A DNA stretch of 5,696 nucleotides from a virus (taxonomy: Duplodnaviria; Heunggongvirae; Uroviricota; Caudoviricetes), in the IMG/VR virus record IMGVR_UViG_2706794691_000016. One strand, 5' to 3'. Positions 5,602 to 5,696 of the stretch are shown here, piece by piece. A model generated the notes under the pieces. That model was not told the DNA's origin, did no database searches, and worked only from the letters and a program-made list of their open reading frames with translations. Position 1 is the stretch's first letter. The number at the start of each line of letters is the position of its first letter. The translations under genes and the position numbers were made by a program.

Positions 5602-5696
5602 TGAGGTAGCCTGAGTTTAACGGACACTCCTTCCTGAAATAGAATGGCATCAGAAGGAGCTAATAATGAGCAGAAAAACCCAACGTTACTCTAAAG
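5602..5696 (+). mobile_element. Left end of an IS3-family insertion sequence (IS600-like by recollection), truncated by the window edge
   Basis: Sequence beginning TGAGGTAGCCTGAGTTTAACGGACAC (IS3-family ends start with TG), followed by a strong SD (AAGGAG, 5654-5659) and an ATG at 5666 encoding MSRKTQRYSK, which matches my memory of the IS600 OrfA N-terminus. The O-like gene is cut off at this junction. Only about 95 bp is visible and the right end is absent, so the exact boundary and identity are unconfirmed. Confidence 0.5.
5666..5696 (+). CDS. IS3-family transposase OrfA, first 10 codons only (MSRKTQRYSK), continues beyond the window
   Basis: ATG at 5666 with AAGGAG and a 6-nt spacer. N-terminal peptide consistent with IS3-family OrfA (IS600-like) from memory. 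Confidence 0.45.
   Translation, partial: MSRKTQRYSK

Noticed and set aside
5625-5627. GTG at 5627 as the native start of the O-like gene (ORF 5364..5627)
   Set aside because: This codon lies within the putative IS terminus and an SD-like AAGGAG abuts it with zero spacing. The upstream frame is IS sequence, so the true N-terminus was probably removed by the insertion.
1-5696. CRISPR array
   Set aside because: No regularly spaced direct repeats of 24-40 bp anywhere in the unmasked sequence.

Overview
About 1.64 kb of this 5,696-nt window is N-masked (322-571, 1594-1724, 2603-2852, 3933-4182, 4224-4473, 4487-4740, 4957-5208), so several gene ends and frames cannot be seen; I assume the masks preserve length. 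Left to right: (1) an AT-rich segment with a plus-strand DUF1971/YeaR-like gene (start 161) preceded by a near-palindromic NsrR-type operator; (2) an AT-rich minus-strand cassette of three tightly linked genes, here called P1 (small, strong RBS), P2 (carries an RNHLVH motif of HEPN Rx4-6H type) and P3 (298 aa, GNAT-like C-terminus), which I cannot assign to a named system and which is my best candidate for a novel defence or toxin module; (3) a more GC-balanced lambdoid-type prophage replication module on the minus strand: an O-like initiator gene, a DnaC-like helicase loader, and two unknown downstream genes. The O-like gene carries iteron-like GTAACGCT repeats (candidate ori), is frameshifted at an A8 tract, and has lost its 5' end to an IS3-family element (IS600-like from memory) that begins near 5602 and runs off the window. 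No tRNA, rRNA or CRISPR array was seen. All family assignments are from reading the translations by eye; no searches were run.
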